A DNA stretch of 64,000 nucleotides from Candidatus Omnitrophota bacterium (GTDB lineage: Bacteria > Omnitrophota > Gorgyraeia > Gorgyraeales > Gorgyraeaceae). The stretch covers positions 463-64,462 of the forward strand of contig JAUYDX010000042.1 in NCBI GenBank assembly GCA_030691625.1. The letters are read 5' to 3'. Below are positions 64,000 through 64,000 of this stretch, in pieces; the first letter of the stretch is position 1, and each line of letters starts with the position of its first letter. Position numbers and translations under genes: made by a program. The notes beneath the pieces were generated by a model, which ran no database searches, was not told where the DNA came from, and saw nothing but the letters and a program-made list of their open reading frames with translations.

Positions 64000-64000
64000 A

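Noticed and set aside
62900-63100. SVFDLGEE...AQLLGYKTYYYD resembling class I methyltransferase motif I
   Set aside because: The Gly-rich loop is incomplete and later motifs were not recognised, so it is too weak to call without a profile search.
429-63908. About 100 short minus-strand and off-frame ORFs in the supplied track
   Set aside because: They are shadow ORFs of the giant frame +1 gene, with Ser/Phe/Ile/Leu-biased translations and no recognisable motifs.
1-64000. Alternative genetic code or stop readthrough as the cause of the long frame
   Set aside because: The frame is open under the standard bacterial code and Trp is encoded by TGG in all segments read, so no recoding is needed.
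1-64000. rRNA, tRNA, promoters, terminators
   Set aside because: There is no intergenic DNA, and I saw no RNA-gene signature or convincing hairpin plus U-tract.

Overview
The whole 64 kb window is the interior of one giant + strand gene. Frame +1 reads open from base 1 to 63999 (21,333 codons) with no start or stop visible. The supplied ORF track has no frame +1 ORF even though an in-frame ATG lies at 19, which is expected only if the frame contains no stop; all listed ORFs are short shadow ORFs. Size and mosaic content resemble the giant membrane-anchored proteins of Omnitrophota (OP3); this taxon is an inference. My translation gives this order: beta-rich repeats (about 4,000 aa of an unusual YE-x-G hairpin repeat with nested recent duplications); YD repeats; Gly/Ala-rich pore-like helices; a zincin; a second hydrophobic block; a SecA-like SF2 ATPase; a zincin; a kinase-like domain; a C39-like peptidase followed by a double-glycine-leader-like site; a direct-repeat-flanked VanZ-like + trypsin cassette; a TM block; two six-hairpin glycosidase-like domains; a TM block; an FKS/callose-synthase (GT48)-like glucan synthase; a UDPGP-family pyrophosphorylase; a CPBP-like domain; degenerate zincins; a long RelA/SpoT homologue; a zincin; a JAB/MPN domain; and a uridine kinase-like domain. 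The main leads are repeated RAPP/RGPP/HGPP/RSPP arrest-like motifs inside the ORF, a eukaryote-type glucan synthase with its own sugar-nucleotide supply, and a possible self-delivering, self-cleaving polyprotein. All domain calls come from motifs recognised by eye; no searches were run.
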